Positions 27,826 to 37,852 of a stretch of 64,000 bases of DNA are shown in pieces. The stretch is taken from contig CALMWS010000074.1 of NCBI GenBank assembly GCA_937870795.1, forward strand, positions 7,159-71,158. Reading direction: 5' to 3'. Position 1 is the first letter of the stretch. Each line of letters opens with the position of its first letter. Below the pieces are notes generated by a model. The model was not told the origin of the DNA. It was given only the letters and a program-made list of their open reading frames with translations, and made no database searches. The stretch comes from an uncultured Bacteroidota bacterium. Its GTDB lineage: Bacteria > Bacteroidota > Bacteroidia > Chitinophagales > Saprospiraceae. The position numbers and the translations under genes are program-made.

Positions 27826-28254
27826 CTACCTCCACAAGCCCAAAATGGTGCCCATGAGGGTAAGCGCCACAATGCCATATCCCCCATTGATCCACATCAG
27901 CCTGGCAGGTTTGTGTTCAAATAGACCATAGATAAAAACAAAACAAATAACCCAAATTCCCGCCAAAAAACCGGCAGTTGCTCCCCAGCTCACATCGGTC
28001 TTGTGAGCACATACACCTGTACATTCGGCAGGTGTATCGGCCAAAAACATGCCCAGGTTGACCGCAGCCACCAATGATAAAACCAGTGCCCACCCAAATA
28101 TTTTGGATGCATTGCCCTGCTTCAATTTTTCTTCGGTCAGCCCATTGTCCTGCATCCACGCATTTCCAAATAGTTTAGGAGAATACCAGATGCCTCCCAA
28201 AATAAAAGCTGAAAATCCGGCAGCCAATACTGCCCACCAATTAATTGCTATCAT
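27826..28254 (-). CDS. DUF1761 family membrane protein
   Basis: 142 aa. The N-terminus INWWAVLAAGFSAFILGGIWYSPKLFGNAWM matches the DUF1761 signature as I recall it. Confidence 0.75.
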   Translation of the reverse strand: MIAINWWAVLAAGFSAFILGGIWYSPKLFGNAWMQDNGLTEEKLKQGNASKIFGWALVLSLVAAVNLGMFLADTPAECTGVCAHKTDVSWGATAGFLAGIWVICFVFIYGLFEHKPARLMWINGGYGIVALTLMGTILGLWR

Positions 28255-28323
28255 ATCACTTTTTTTGTCAAAAATCTCCTATTGACAAATGCGCACAAAA
28301 ACCGTAGGCTTGAAACCGGATTT

Positions 28324-29553
28324 TTATATGACCAAATCGGAATTTTTTTGGACCACCTCATCCAGCACCTCGCGAATGATTCGACAGCCTTCTATTATTT
28401 GGTCATCCTCCACAATTAAAGGGGGAGCTATCCTAAAGCTGCAATCATTAAAAAGAAAATAGTCGGTCATGATGCCTCTTTCCAATAACTTTCCAACAAC
28501 AGGCCCCAACCAACTCTTTTCTTTCAATTGAACTGCCATCAATAATCCCGCAGATCGAATTTCTGATATGGCATCGTGGGCAAGCTGAGACTTAAACAAT
28601 GCTGCTTTGTTCGCCACTTTCTCCATCAGGTCGCTGCTAACTAAATACTCAAGCACAGCCGCCGATGCTGCCACGCTCAATGGGTGGCCCCCAAATGTGG
28701 TAATATGTCCCAATGCCGGATCATGGGCAAAACTGTTCAAAAGCCTGTGATCGCCAGCTACTGCTCCTATGGGCATTCCACCCCCCATGGCTTTGGCCAT
28801 GATCAGCAGATCAGGATAAATGCCATAATGTTTATGGGCAAACAATTTTCCGGTCCTCCCAAAACCAGTCTGTATTTCGTCAAAAGCAAGCAATACTCCC
28901 TGTTCTGTACACCTATTCCTAACGGCATGGAGCCAATCAGCATCTGGCAATCGTACTCCGGCTTCTGCCTGAACCACCTCCATGATTAGGATGGCCACAC
29001 TTTGATCTATCTTGCCAAGGTCTTCCATTGCGTTAAAACCGATGTGATCAACACCTGGTAGTCCAGGCATAAAAGCAGAGGTATAGTCTATATCGCTTCT
29101 CAGACTTTCAGCACCCAATGTACTGCCATGATAGGCCTGCTTGCAAGACAGCACCTTGTAACGACCTGTGGATTTCCTGCCTGCCTTCATTGCTACTTCT
29201 ACGGCTTCAGATCCACTGTTGGTAAAATAGACCGTCTCAAACCGATCGCCCATCACTCCTGCAAACCTTGAGGCAAATCGAATCTGTGGCGACTGGATGT
29301 GTTCGCCATATACAGTTGTATGCAGGTACTTTGACATTTGATCTGCCAGCGCTGTCATTACCACCGGGTGTCGGTGACCCAATGAACTCACCGAAAAACC
29401 GGAATCGAAATCCAGGAAACGTTTGCCTTCATGGTCATAAATATACATGCCTTCGGCCCGCTCCACTTCAATGATCATGGGCCATGGACTGGTTTGGGCT
29501 ACGTGTTGCAGAAACTGGGATCGTTTACTGGGCATATTCCTGATTTTATGCAA
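28324..29553 (-). CDS. Class-III pyridoxal-phosphate aminotransferase (acetylornithine/GABA aminotransferase-like)
   Basis: 409 aa with motifs FTNSGSEAVE, DEIQTGFGRTG and the PLP-lysine region LIMAKAMGGG. The substrate cannot be assigned from sequence alone. Confidence 0.9.
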   Translation of the reverse strand: MHKIRNMPSKRSQFLQHVAQTSPWPMIIEVERAEGMYIYDHEGKRFLDFDSGFSVSSLGHRHPVVMTALADQMSKYLHTTVYGEHIQSPQIRFASRFAGVMGDRFETVYFTNSGSEAVEVAMKAGRKSTGRYKVLSCKQAYHGSTLGAESLRSDIDYTSAFMPGLPGVDHIGFNAMEDLGKIDQSVAILIMEVVQAEAGVRLPDADWLHAVRNRCTEQGVLLAFDEIQTGFGRTGKLFAHKHYGIYPDLLIMAKAMGGGMPIGAVAGDHRLLNSFAHDPALGHITTFGGHPLSVAASAAVLEYLVSSDLMEKVANKAALFKSQLAHDAISEIRSAGLLMAVQLKEKSWLGPVVGKLLERGIMTDYFLFNDCSFRIAPPLIVEDDQIIEGCRIIREVLDEVVQKNSDLVI

Positions 29554-29659
29554 AAATAAAGCTGGACAGCTCCAAATACAGTATTTTTCTTCAAAATGTA
29601 GCTTTCCTGTTTTTACCCTAATTATTATTTGTACATATTTGCATCTCTCAATTCAAATC

Positions 29660-31501
29660 ATGAGCAAACATTTACCCTTCTTTAGGATGGTTTTTCTCAT
29701 CCTTTTCTTCAGCTTCAAACTGGGAGCGCAGCAAATGATGCCCTTGCCCCTTAATGACCTTTCTGCTTTCAAACCACAGGCAGGAAACTGGAAAGTGGCA
29801 GGCAGTGTGACCAGCCCATTTACCAAAGACAAGGAACACCATAAGCTGGACTATACAGCCGGTGCCGGCATTTTGGTTAACGACAATGACGCCCAGCACA
29901 ACAGTGCCCTAATTTCAAATTTAGAACACCAGGACCTGGATATAGAGTTTGAGTTTATGATGCCGGCAGGCAGCAACAGTGGCATCTATTTGCAGGGCAG
30001 ATATGAAGTGCAGTTGTTCGACAGCTGGGGTAAAGCGGTACCGGACATTACGGATTTAGGGGGCATTTACCGCAATTGGGAGTCAGATCCCAAAACGGCT
30101 TATGCTGGAAAGGCTCCAATGACGAATGCCGCCAGACCACCAGGCATCTGGCAAAAGATGTTTATATCTTTCAGTGGTCCTCGTTTTGATGCCAATGGTA
30201 AAAAAATAAAAAACGCAAGATTCAATAAAGTTTTGATCAACAATCAGTTGGTTCATCTCAATGTAGAAGTGCCGCAGCCTACCGGTGGCCCAATTGAAAA
30301 CAACGAAGTAAGCAGAGGCCCACTTATGATCCAGGGCGACCATGGATCTGTGGCATTTAAAAATATCAGTTACCGCACCTTTGAGGATGCCAAAGTAGAG
30401 GCAACCAACGTAAGCTACAAATATTGGAAAGGACCGTATGAATATGACGATGATTTTAAGAACAAAAAGGCGGATCTTACCGGTAAATCACCCGAAGGAA
30501 TCACCTGGGACGTATCTCCGGTGAAGGACTTTTTCGCCCTCCAGCTTACAGGCGATCTTCAGATTCCTATTGACGACAATTATTACATTTCCACCATTTA
30601 CAACGGCAATCTGGCCATTTACATAGATGATCAGTTGGTGAAAAAAATATCTCGTGCCTGGGATTGGGACAGACCTGCCAAATCCACCATTATGCTCAAG
30701 GCAGGCAAACACAAAATCGACGTTTATTTCTGCAGAGCAGATGCCTGGTTGCCACCGGCCATTGGTATATTCTTTGAATCTGACAAACTGGCTTTACATG
30801 GCATCCATGCCAGATCATCATTGCAACCCCGGGAAACAACGTATCCTATTTTGGTTAAGCTGGACAGCAAACCAAAAGTACTTCGGGCATTTCTCGACTT
30901 CAATGGACAACGAAGTCAAAGGCTTACCCATACAGTTGGTGTAGGTGACCCTTCCGGCATCCATTATGTATACAACAACAGCAATGGCTCCCTCGCTTGT
31001 GTTTGGAGGGGAGAGTTTGTAGATGCTACACCAATGTGGCACGATAGGGGAGACGGTTCATTTAAGCCTTTGGGTGATGTGGTTTTTCTTACCAACGAAC
31101 CACAACTGGATGTTGTCACAGACCCTTCCAGCCCTCACCCCAAAACGTATGAAGAAGGGAGATTTAGGTCGAGAGGATATACCATTGACAAATCGAGCGG
31201 AGCCCCAGTATTTCATTACGAGTTGGATGGAATGAAAGTACAGGATATGTGTTTCCCCGATGCCATGGAAAATACGTTGATCCGCGAAATTAAAATCGAA
31301 AACACCGTTCCCGGCACACGTTGCAGAATTGCTTATGGCAATGAGATTCAAAAACTGGAAAGCGGTCGGTACCTTATCAATGGTCGATACATGATAGAAC
31401 TTGCAGACCCATCTGGAGCAACTTTGCGTAAATCTGAAGGTTTCGCCGAATTATTTATCAATGCAGGTAGCCTGCCCATTCGTTACAAAACCATCTGGTA
31501 A
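29660..31501 (+). CDS. Exported DUF1080 (3-keto-disaccharide hydrolase-like) plus PA14-like domain protein
   Basis: I chose the ATG at 29660 (signal MSKHLPFFRMVFLILFFSFKLGAQ). The track start at 29447 overlaps the divergent aminotransferase gene. The DUF1080 pattern is NWKVAG...DLDIEFEFMMPAGSNSGIYLQGRYEVQLFDSW. A PA14-like segment follows (YKYWKGPYEYDDDF...LQLTGDLQIP). Confidence 0.8.
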   Translation: MSKHLPFFRMVFLILFFSFKLGAQQMMPLPLNDLSAFKPQAGNWKVAGSVTSPFTKDKEHHKLDYTAGAGILVNDNDAQHNSALISNLEHQDLDIEFEFMMPAGSNSGIYLQGRYEVQLFDSWGKAVPDITDLGGIYRNWESDPKTAYAGKAPMTNAARPPGIWQKMFISFSGPRFDANGKKIKNARFNKVLINNQLVHLNVEVPQPTGGPIENNEVSRGPLMIQGDHGSVAFKNISYRTFEDAKVEATNVSYKYWKGPYEYDDDFKNKKADLTGKSPEGITWDVSPVKDFFALQLTGDLQIPIDDNYYISTIYNGNLAIYIDDQLVKKISRAWDWDRPAKSTIMLKAGKHKIDVYFCRADAWLPPAIGIFFESDKLALHGIHARSSLQPRETTYPILVKLDSKPKVLRAFLDFNGQRSQRLTHTVGVGDPSGIHYVYNNSNGSLACVWRGEFVDATPMWHDRGDGSFKPLGDVVFLTNEPQLDVVTDPSSPHPKTYEEGRFRSRGYTIDKSSGAPVFHYELDGMKVQDMCFPDAMENTLIREIKIENTVPGTRCRIAYGNEIQKLESGRYLINGRYMIELADPSGATLRKSEGFAELFINAGSLPIRYKTIW

Positions 31502-31519
31502 TATCCAAATCAAGATAAA

Positions 31520-33475
31520 ATGACAAAAAGTATATATATAATAATCGCGATTTTATTATGGGTGATCATACCTAAAAAAGGAATGGCACAAGACGACCCC
31601 AACGCTCCTGCGATTGACAAGGCTGCTTTGCGAGTACCAGGCGAAGATGACTATTATGCCATCCGCACTATACCTACCCCGGAAAACGTGCTGATTGAGG
31701 GTGGAGGTGTTGCTGTACTCCCCGATGGTTCGGTGGCAGTGGCAACCCGTAGGGGAGATGTTTGGGTAATTGGCAATGTAGAAGGAGCTGGAGGTCAGCC
31801 CCCACACTACACATTGTTCGCATCGGGATTGCACGAACCGCTTGGCTGTGTTTACGCCAATGGCTCTCTTTATGCCGCACAACGAGGGGAATTGACCCGC
31901 TTACAGGATACTGATGGCGACGGTTATTGCGATGTGTACGAAACCATCTACGCCTGGCCATTAAGCGGTCATTACCATGAATATAGTTTTGGTCCGGTCA
32001 TGGGTACCGATGGTAGTTTTTTCGTGACCGCCAACGTGGCATTTGGAGATGAAGAATGGTGGAGAGGTGAAAGCAGAGTGCCAATGCGCGGCTGGACCAT
32101 GCGAATAACTCCCGATGGAAAAATGGAACCCTGGGCAACTGGCATGAGATCACCTTGCGGCACAGGCATGGTCGATGGTGAAATGTTTTATGACGACAAT
32201 CAGGGAGACTGGATTGGTTCAGGTGCTATCTGGCATGTTAAAAAAGGTGCATTTACAGGACATCCCGCTGGCTTGAAGTGGACAGACAAAATTGAAAATT
32301 CCCCCATTCAACTAACAGTTGATTCCCTTTATGCCAAAGTAAATCCACGACAAGTAAAAAATAAATACGGTAAATACATAAAACCTGAAAATATTGAAAA
32401 GGAGCAACCACAGACTTTTTATGAGTTGAAGCAAAAATTTCCAGAAGTACAATTGCCCGCAGTTTGGTTGCCCCATGGCATTTTGGGTGTAAGCAACGCA
32501 GAAATCAAACAAGACAAAACCGGAGGTATGTTTGGTCCCTTTGAAGGTCAACTTTTTGTTGGAGACCAGGGGCAAAGCAAAATTATGAGGGTCTTTCTTG
32601 AGAAAGTAAATGGAGAATACCAGGGTGCAGCATTTGATTTTAGAAACAATTTTCAATCCGGTGTGCTCAGAATGGATTGGACCCACGACGGCTCTCTGAT
32701 AGTAGGAGAAACCAACCGGGGCTGGGGCTCGGCCGGAAACAAAGACGAAGGAATCCAGCGATTGGAATGGACTGGCAAACTTCCCTTTGAAATGAAAACG
32801 GTGAAGGCAACCACAGATGGCTTTGAAATTGAATTTACCAAACCAGCCAAAATGCACGACATCAAAGACCTGGGTCAAATTGAAGCTTATAGCTTTATCT
32901 ATAAGTACCACCCTGTTTATGGCAGCCCTCCTATCGATCGTAAGGCGCTCCAAATTGAAGGTGTCAAGTGGAGCGATGACGGACTAAAATTAAGGTTGAT
33001 GGTAAATAACAGGGTAAGGTACCACATCCACGAAATCAACCTCAGAGATATTAAGTCAGCCGACGGTCTGCCTTTACTTCACCCCACGGTGTACTACACG
33101 CTCAATGCTATACCCGATGGTAAAAAACCCGATATGGCTGAATATAAAAAATACGTGTATAAGCCCACCGTTTCTGCCAAAAACAAGTCGGCAGCTACCG
33201 GAAAGAAAGCCAGTGTTAGCAGCCTTGAAGCAGAGGTGAAACCCCTGTTGACCAAGTACACCTGCTCCTCATGTCACAATGCCAATAAGAAACAAATTGG
33301 TCCTGCTTATAAGGACATTGCCGCAAGAAAATACTCCAATGAAAGAATCGTTCAGCTGATCTGGAAACCGGAACCATCCAACTGGCCGGGATACGCTACG
33401 GAAATGGCTCCTCTGCCAAATGTGCCAAAGGCAGATGGACTCAAAATAGCAGCGTGGATTAATTCTTTAAAGTAA
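31520..33475 (+). CDS. Beta-propeller (glucose/sorbosone-dehydrogenase-like) protein fused to a C-terminal c-type cytochrome domain
   Basis: 651 aa with a signal peptide. The N-terminal region is propeller-like (GGVAVLPDGSVAVATRRGDVWV...). The C-terminal haem-binding motif CSSCH is followed by IGPAYKDIA, as in cytochrome c551/c552. Confidence 0.8.
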   Translation: MTKSIYIIIAILLWVIIPKKGMAQDDPNAPAIDKAALRVPGEDDYYAIRTIPTPENVLIEGGGVAVLPDGSVAVATRRGDVWVIGNVEGAGGQPPHYTLFASGLHEPLGCVYANGSLYAAQRGELTRLQDTDGDGYCDVYETIYAWPLSGHYHEYSFGPVMGTDGSFFVTANVAFGDEEWWRGESRVPMRGWTMRITPDGKMEPWATGMRSPCGTGMVDGEMFYDDNQGDWIGSGAIWHVKKGAFTGHPAGLKWTDKIENSPIQLTVDSLYAKVNPRQVKNKYGKYIKPENIEKEQPQTFYELKQKFPEVQLPAVWLPHGILGVSNAEIKQDKTGGMFGPFEGQLFVGDQGQSKIMRVFLEKVNGEYQGAAFDFRNNFQSGVLRMDWTHDGSLIVGETNRGWGSAGNKDEGIQRLEWTGKLPFEMKTVKATTDGFEIEFTKPAKMHDIKDLGQIEAYSFIYKYHPVYGSPPIDRKALQIEGVKWSDDGLKLRLMVNNRVRYHIHEINLRDIKSADGLPLLHPTVYYTLNAIPDGKKPDMAEYKKYVYKPTVSAKNKSAATGKKASVSSLEAEVKPLLTKYTCSSCHNANKKQIGPAYKDIAARKYSNERIVQLIWKPEPSNWPGYATEMAPLPNVPKADGLKIAAWINSLK

Positions 33476-33481
33476 TCGTAT

Positions 33482-35563
33482 TTATTGTCTTAGTACAGTC
33501 AAATCCCCGGTGTACACCTCTGTTACTTCATCGAGGTAGAGCACTCGTGCCAGCCAGGTGTAAACACCTTGTTCAACAGGGTTGCCATTGAAGTATCCAT
33601 CCCAGCCGGCGGAAACATCAAACGGATTGACCTGACTTGATTTATACACTTTATTGCCCCAGCGATCGTACACTTCAAGCAATTCTATGGTTTTTACTGC
33701 CTTTTTTCCATAAACATTGAAGAAATTATTGGGGCCCCCATTGCCGTTTGCAATCATCACGTTGGGTGTGAATACAGTCCTGTCAACAGTAACCCTGATT
33801 AAAAGACTGTCCTGAATCAAACATCCTGCATCTGTCAACACAGAAAGCACGTATGTGATCGTACCAGGCGGCACCGTATAAGACTCCAAATCATTGATAT
33901 CCCTGATACCTTTCGATGGAGACCACCAAGTACTATCTCCATTGGTAAATGGAAAATAGCTGCCCTGCAAACGAGTGCTGTCGCCCAATTCAATTTCCTG
34001 ATCAGGGCCGGCATCTACAATCACAGGATCCGGTTCGCCGACAAAAACAGAAATTGAATCCGTACAACCTTTGATGTCTACAATGGCAATTTCATAGATG
34101 CCTGTACTCAATTGCCGGAACTCTGTTTTGGGTTTGAAAGTTCCATCAGCAAACTTGAAATAATATTCCGGAGTCCCTCCTGTTGCGTAGATGCGAATGG
34201 ATCCATCACTGCCACCATTACAACCCGGTGTGGTAACTTCAGGAGTAAACGTAAAGGGTTCTAAATCTTCACAACAGGGTTCTGCATAAAGAGATTTTAC
34301 CACCGTGACTTTGCACCCTTTGTCGCTGGTTACCGTCAGGCTGATGAATTTATTTCCAAACGAGCTGTAGTTAATTTGATGCGGTCCCTTTGAAGTTGAT
34401 TTTTCTGGTATGGCGCGCAAACCAAAATTCCACTCATAACCTACCAATGTTCCGTTTGAAAACGATGAGGCGTCGGTTACGGTAAAATCCTGATCACACC
34501 TCAATCCACTCAGGGGATCAATGGTAAAATCGGGTTTAGGACCGGCAAATTCACCCGTACCTCCCCATTGTATTCTGAAACCTATGCCAGTATTATCAAA
34601 ATTATTAATCAACAAACCATAGCTCTTGCCTTCTACCATGTCGATGTATTTGACATATCTATCTTCTCCAGGCTCACAATTAAAATCTTCTGCTGTATCT
34701 GTAGATGTCAGGTTTAAGCCGGTAGGTCCATCACAGGATGTGGCATTGCAACGTATCGGTTTTTTATTGACACAGTCATCAATACCTCCTGGCAATTCAA
34801 AAAGTGCAAAGTCTATATCGTCGCCTTCTTTTAATGGGGTAATGTCAAAAGTAAGGGTGCCATTGTTGGCAGCTGTCCATCTCAACCATGTTGACTGGTC
34901 TTCGCTCTGGCTCCCTGCAAATGGCTCCAGACAGGTACCTTTTCCTTCATTGGTCAGAGATCCGCTTCCGGAAAGAGTTTGTACCACAAATGCACTCTTG
35001 TCACAGAGTATGGCTCCTGTCGGACAATCCTGCCCGGGTACTACCGGTGGATTAAAATTGGTAATGCAAAGTTGAAAAGTGCCGGCAACATTCGAACGCC
35101 CACTCACCCTGATATAGTAAGTTGCACCCACCACCAAACCATTTTCTATCAACGCAACACCCCCGCTGCCAGTGGCATCAGATTGGCATTCCAGTTCCTG
35201 AATTTGACCTCCGCACACTCCAATGTAAAGGGTAGCTTGTGGGTTGCGCAAACCAGAACCAATGTTTTTTCCATTAATCACAATGTTGACACCGGTTGCT
35301 TTTGCGGTAAAACTAAACCAAACATCATTAACAGAGGTATCCCAACAGCCTGAAGGTCCATAGCCTGAATCCGTTGCACCTGCCGTGGTAAATTCGGCTT
35401 TACCTGAGCAATAGGAACTCGGATCCTTGATTTCTCTGGCCTCATCGCAATCGTCATTTGTTGGCTGAGCGTACAAGACACCCGACACAAATACAAGCAT
35501 TCCAAATACTGTAAGGCAGGACTTGACAAGCCGATTGATTTTGCCACATGGTTTACCGATCAT
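33482..35563 (-). CDS. Large secreted adhesin-like protein with PKD and SprB-type repeats and a T9SS type-B (gliding-motility-associated, CHU_C) C-terminal domain
   Basis: 693 aa. It has two Cys-rich N-terminal modules (NDDCDEA...), a PKD-like segment (YEWNFG) and a SprB repeat (CNGGSDGSIRIYATGGTPEYYF). The C-terminus reads FTPN...YDRWGNKVY...GWDGYFNGNPVEQGVYTW...GDLTVLR. The start codon lies 1 nt after the batD stop. Confidence 0.85.
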   Translation of the reverse strand: MIGKPCGKINRLVKSCLTVFGMLVFVSGVLYAQPTNDDCDEAREIKDPSSYCSGKAEFTTAGATDSGYGPSGCWDTSVNDVWFSFTAKATGVNIVINGKNIGSGLRNPQATLYIGVCGGQIQELECQSDATGSGGVALIENGLVVGATYYIRVSGRSNVAGTFQLCITNFNPPVVPGQDCPTGAILCDKSAFVVQTLSGSGSLTNEGKGTCLEPFAGSQSEDQSTWLRWTAANNGTLTFDITPLKEGDDIDFALFELPGGIDDCVNKKPIRCNATSCDGPTGLNLTSTDTAEDFNCEPGEDRYVKYIDMVEGKSYGLLINNFDNTGIGFRIQWGGTGEFAGPKPDFTIDPLSGLRCDQDFTVTDASSFSNGTLVGYEWNFGLRAIPEKSTSKGPHQINYSSFGNKFISLTVTSDKGCKVTVVKSLYAEPCCEDLEPFTFTPEVTTPGCNGGSDGSIRIYATGGTPEYYFKFADGTFKPKTEFRQLSTGIYEIAIVDIKGCTDSISVFVGEPDPVIVDAGPDQEIELGDSTRLQGSYFPFTNGDSTWWSPSKGIRDINDLESYTVPPGTITYVLSVLTDAGCLIQDSLLIRVTVDRTVFTPNVMIANGNGGPNNFFNVYGKKAVKTIELLEVYDRWGNKVYKSSQVNPFDVSAGWDGYFNGNPVEQGVYTWLARVLYLDEVTEVYTGDLTVLRQ

Positions 35564-35564
35564 C

Positions 35565-37241
35565 TTATTCGATTTTATTTTCCAATTGCGTTATAAATGC
35601 TTTACTTCTTGCCAACAACTCTTCTTCATTTCCATTTTTCAAACCTGCGTAAAGAGCCGCATCCAGTGCTGCTCTGATTTGAAAATACTGCTCAAAAAAG
35701 GCATCATCATTACCGGTATTTAATAGACCCTGTTTAATATTTTCATTGTTCAATTGCTCTTTTTCAAGATTCAGATTTTGCTGTAAAACTTCGTTGAGGG
35801 TAGTAGCCAGTGCTTCATAAAATTTGTGGTATCGTGCTTGCTGAAGCAGACTTTCTAATTTTGAAAAACGATCTGTCTCTACCTTTCGTTGGCTTTCATC
35901 ATGAGAAACAATGGCCATATCTTGTTTTAGAGGGGAAATAGGCGAATTTTGACCTTTGTTTTTTGAAAGTAAAAAATAAGTGGCAATTGCTATTCCAGTT
36001 ATTAAAATTCCAAGAAGTAGATAGAGGTTCACTCCTTTTTTTGCCGGCAGGGTAGCTTGTCCTTCAGCGGCAATGACCTCGCCTGGTTTAACTTTTATTT
36101 GCATTGTGGGTATTGCTAAAGCTGAATATGCCTTTTTTTCAGTGTCAAAATATTGGAATATGACATCGAGCTCAAACCGCCCGGTGTCGCTGGCAGTCAC
36201 GGCAACTTCCCAAATATGGTGGTGCACCCATTCCTTGTTTTGTACCCTGCTCTCTTCTTTCAACAACTTAGCAGGGTAGGCTTCCAACTTGGGAGGCAAT
36301 TTTAGTGTGGGGGGTGACAAAGTGGTGGGATCTCCTGTGCCACTAATTTCAATTCTCACATTGATGGTCTGGTTGCGATGTACTTCATCATTTGCCAGCG
36401 TGGCACTGCCCTCATATTTTCCTACAACACCATTGAAGGTTGCAGGGGTGGGCTGGGGTAGAGGCATCACTTCTACTTCTTCAGCTTTGGTAACCAACTG
36501 GAAGGATCGGTATTTACCAAAGGGATTTGACCAGGGATCATCGTTGGCAAGCCTTTCCTTCATCGGAAAATAAGAAGGGTCGATTTTTAACTTTCCCGTT
36601 TTTTTGGGAAACAATGCAATGGCATCAGCCAGGACACCTTCGTATTGTTTTCCTCCCGCAGATATTCCGGGTATAGCTTCATTGTCAGCATCCAGCGATT
36701 TGGCACTGAAATCATGAAAGGGTGGATGCTGAATGGCATCTTCAAAACCGATGCTGCCACGGTAATACAATTCATAAGCCGCTGTGAGTTGCTGGCCTTT
36801 GTAAATTTTATGATCCGACAATTTCAATCTCACCAAAGCCGGAGTATCAGTGCTCCCTGCCATAGCTTTATCTGGCTTAGTAATGTCTATGCTTACTGCT
36901 TTGGTTTTATACAACTTTCCTTTCACCACAACACTTGCTTCCCCAAGGGTAATCTTTCCTTCTTGTGTAGCACGCAATTGAAATCCATACGTGATCGTGC
37001 GGGAGACTACACCGTTGATATCTGCATATTGATTTGACACAGAAGGACCTGCCAATACATCAAGCCCTTGAAAAGCAGGGAATTTCAAATCCTTGCCCTG
37101 GCCGTTTTCCAGGACAAAACTTACCTCAAATGGACCGTTTACATAAGCTTGGCGTGGCGCTTCTACATACCACTGCACTCCCTGGCTCCATATTAAATGG
37201 GTTGATAGTAACCACAATATCGTAAGCCAGCTGCGTTGCAT
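35565..37241 (-). CDS. batD: BatD (oxygen-tolerance) family protein
   Basis: 558 aa with a signal peptide and Ig-like BatD repeats. A late TM (LYLLLGILITGIAIATYFLL) and a helical tail follow. It holds the terminal position of the Bat core. Confidence 0.85.
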   Translation of the reverse strand: MQRSWLTILWLLSTHLIWSQGVQWYVEAPRQAYVNGPFEVSFVLENGQGKDLKFPAFQGLDVLAGPSVSNQYADINGVVSRTITYGFQLRATQEGKITLGEASVVVKGKLYKTKAVSIDITKPDKAMAGSTDTPALVRLKLSDHKIYKGQQLTAAYELYYRGSIGFEDAIQHPPFHDFSAKSLDADNEAIPGISAGGKQYEGVLADAIALFPKKTGKLKIDPSYFPMKERLANDDPWSNPFGKYRSFQLVTKAEEVEVMPLPQPTPATFNGVVGKYEGSATLANDEVHRNQTINVRIEISGTGDPTTLSPPTLKLPPKLEAYPAKLLKEESRVQNKEWVHHHIWEVAVTASDTGRFELDVIFQYFDTEKKAYSALAIPTMQIKVKPGEVIAAEGQATLPAKKGVNLYLLLGILITGIAIATYFLLSKNKGQNSPISPLKQDMAIVSHDESQRKVETDRFSKLESLLQQARYHKFYEALATTLNEVLQQNLNLEKEQLNNENIKQGLLNTGNDDAFFEQYFQIRAALDAALYAGLKNGNEEELLARSKAFITQLENKIE

Positions 37242-37249
37242 AGGGAAGT

Positions 37250-37759
37250 TTATATTCTTTTAATTTTCCTTTTTGGTTTGGCAGGACTTTCCTTTTCTGC
37301 AGGGAGGGTACGGTCCGTTTCCATGGGCCATGAAAAAAACAAACTTTGGCTGTTTCCCTGGTTGTTTGGCTCTATCACACCTCCCGGATTGGGTAACACC
37401 TTTATTTTTATGGCATCAGCTGTCATGTTTTTTGACTCATCATTCCTATGAATCAAATAAGCCTCCTCAATAAAACAATCGCCTTCTTTATTGGGCTTTA
37501 TAAAATAAGTGTAAGATGTTGATTTGGTAGTATTGCCATTGACAGAGTACATCGATGAACTGGTGTTGGGACCAGATACAACCATAAAATCCTTGAAGTC
37601 AGGGGCTTCAAATTTTCCATCAACATTTTTTAATACATAGGTGACCTTGAGTGTATTTCCCATAAGGATACTGTCTTTGTCAACTTCAACGGAAAAACTA
37701 CTTACCTGAGCTTTCATAAGCACCGGCATTAGCAACAACAAATAGAGTATTTTTTTCAT
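37250..37759 (-). CDS. Short BatD-N-terminal-like exported protein
   Basis: I chose the start at MKKILYLLLLMPVLMKAQ (37759). The fold-level pattern (FSVEVDKDSILMGNTLKVTYVLKN...FKDFMVVSGPNTSSS) parallels the first domain of the adjacent BatD. Confidence 0.65.
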   Translation of the reverse strand: MKKILYLLLLMPVLMKAQVSSFSVEVDKDSILMGNTLKVTYVLKNVDGKFEAPDFKDFMVVSGPNTSSSMYSVNGNTTKSTSYTYFIKPNKEGDCFIEEAYLIHRNDESKNMTADAIKIKVLPNPGGVIEPNNQGNSQSLFFSWPMETDRTLPAEKESPAKPKRKIKRI

Positions 37760-37852
37760 GTGAATCACTTTTTATGGATTTTTAATTTCAAAAGCATACA
37801 AAAATAACACATCAATGCACTATTTCGTTTATACGGAAATTTTAAAATTTTG

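Noticed and set aside
29447-29659. The N-terminal 71-aa extension of the DUF1080 ORF.
   Set aside because: It overlaps the 5' end of the divergent aminotransferase gene. A clean signal peptide begins at the ATG at 29660.
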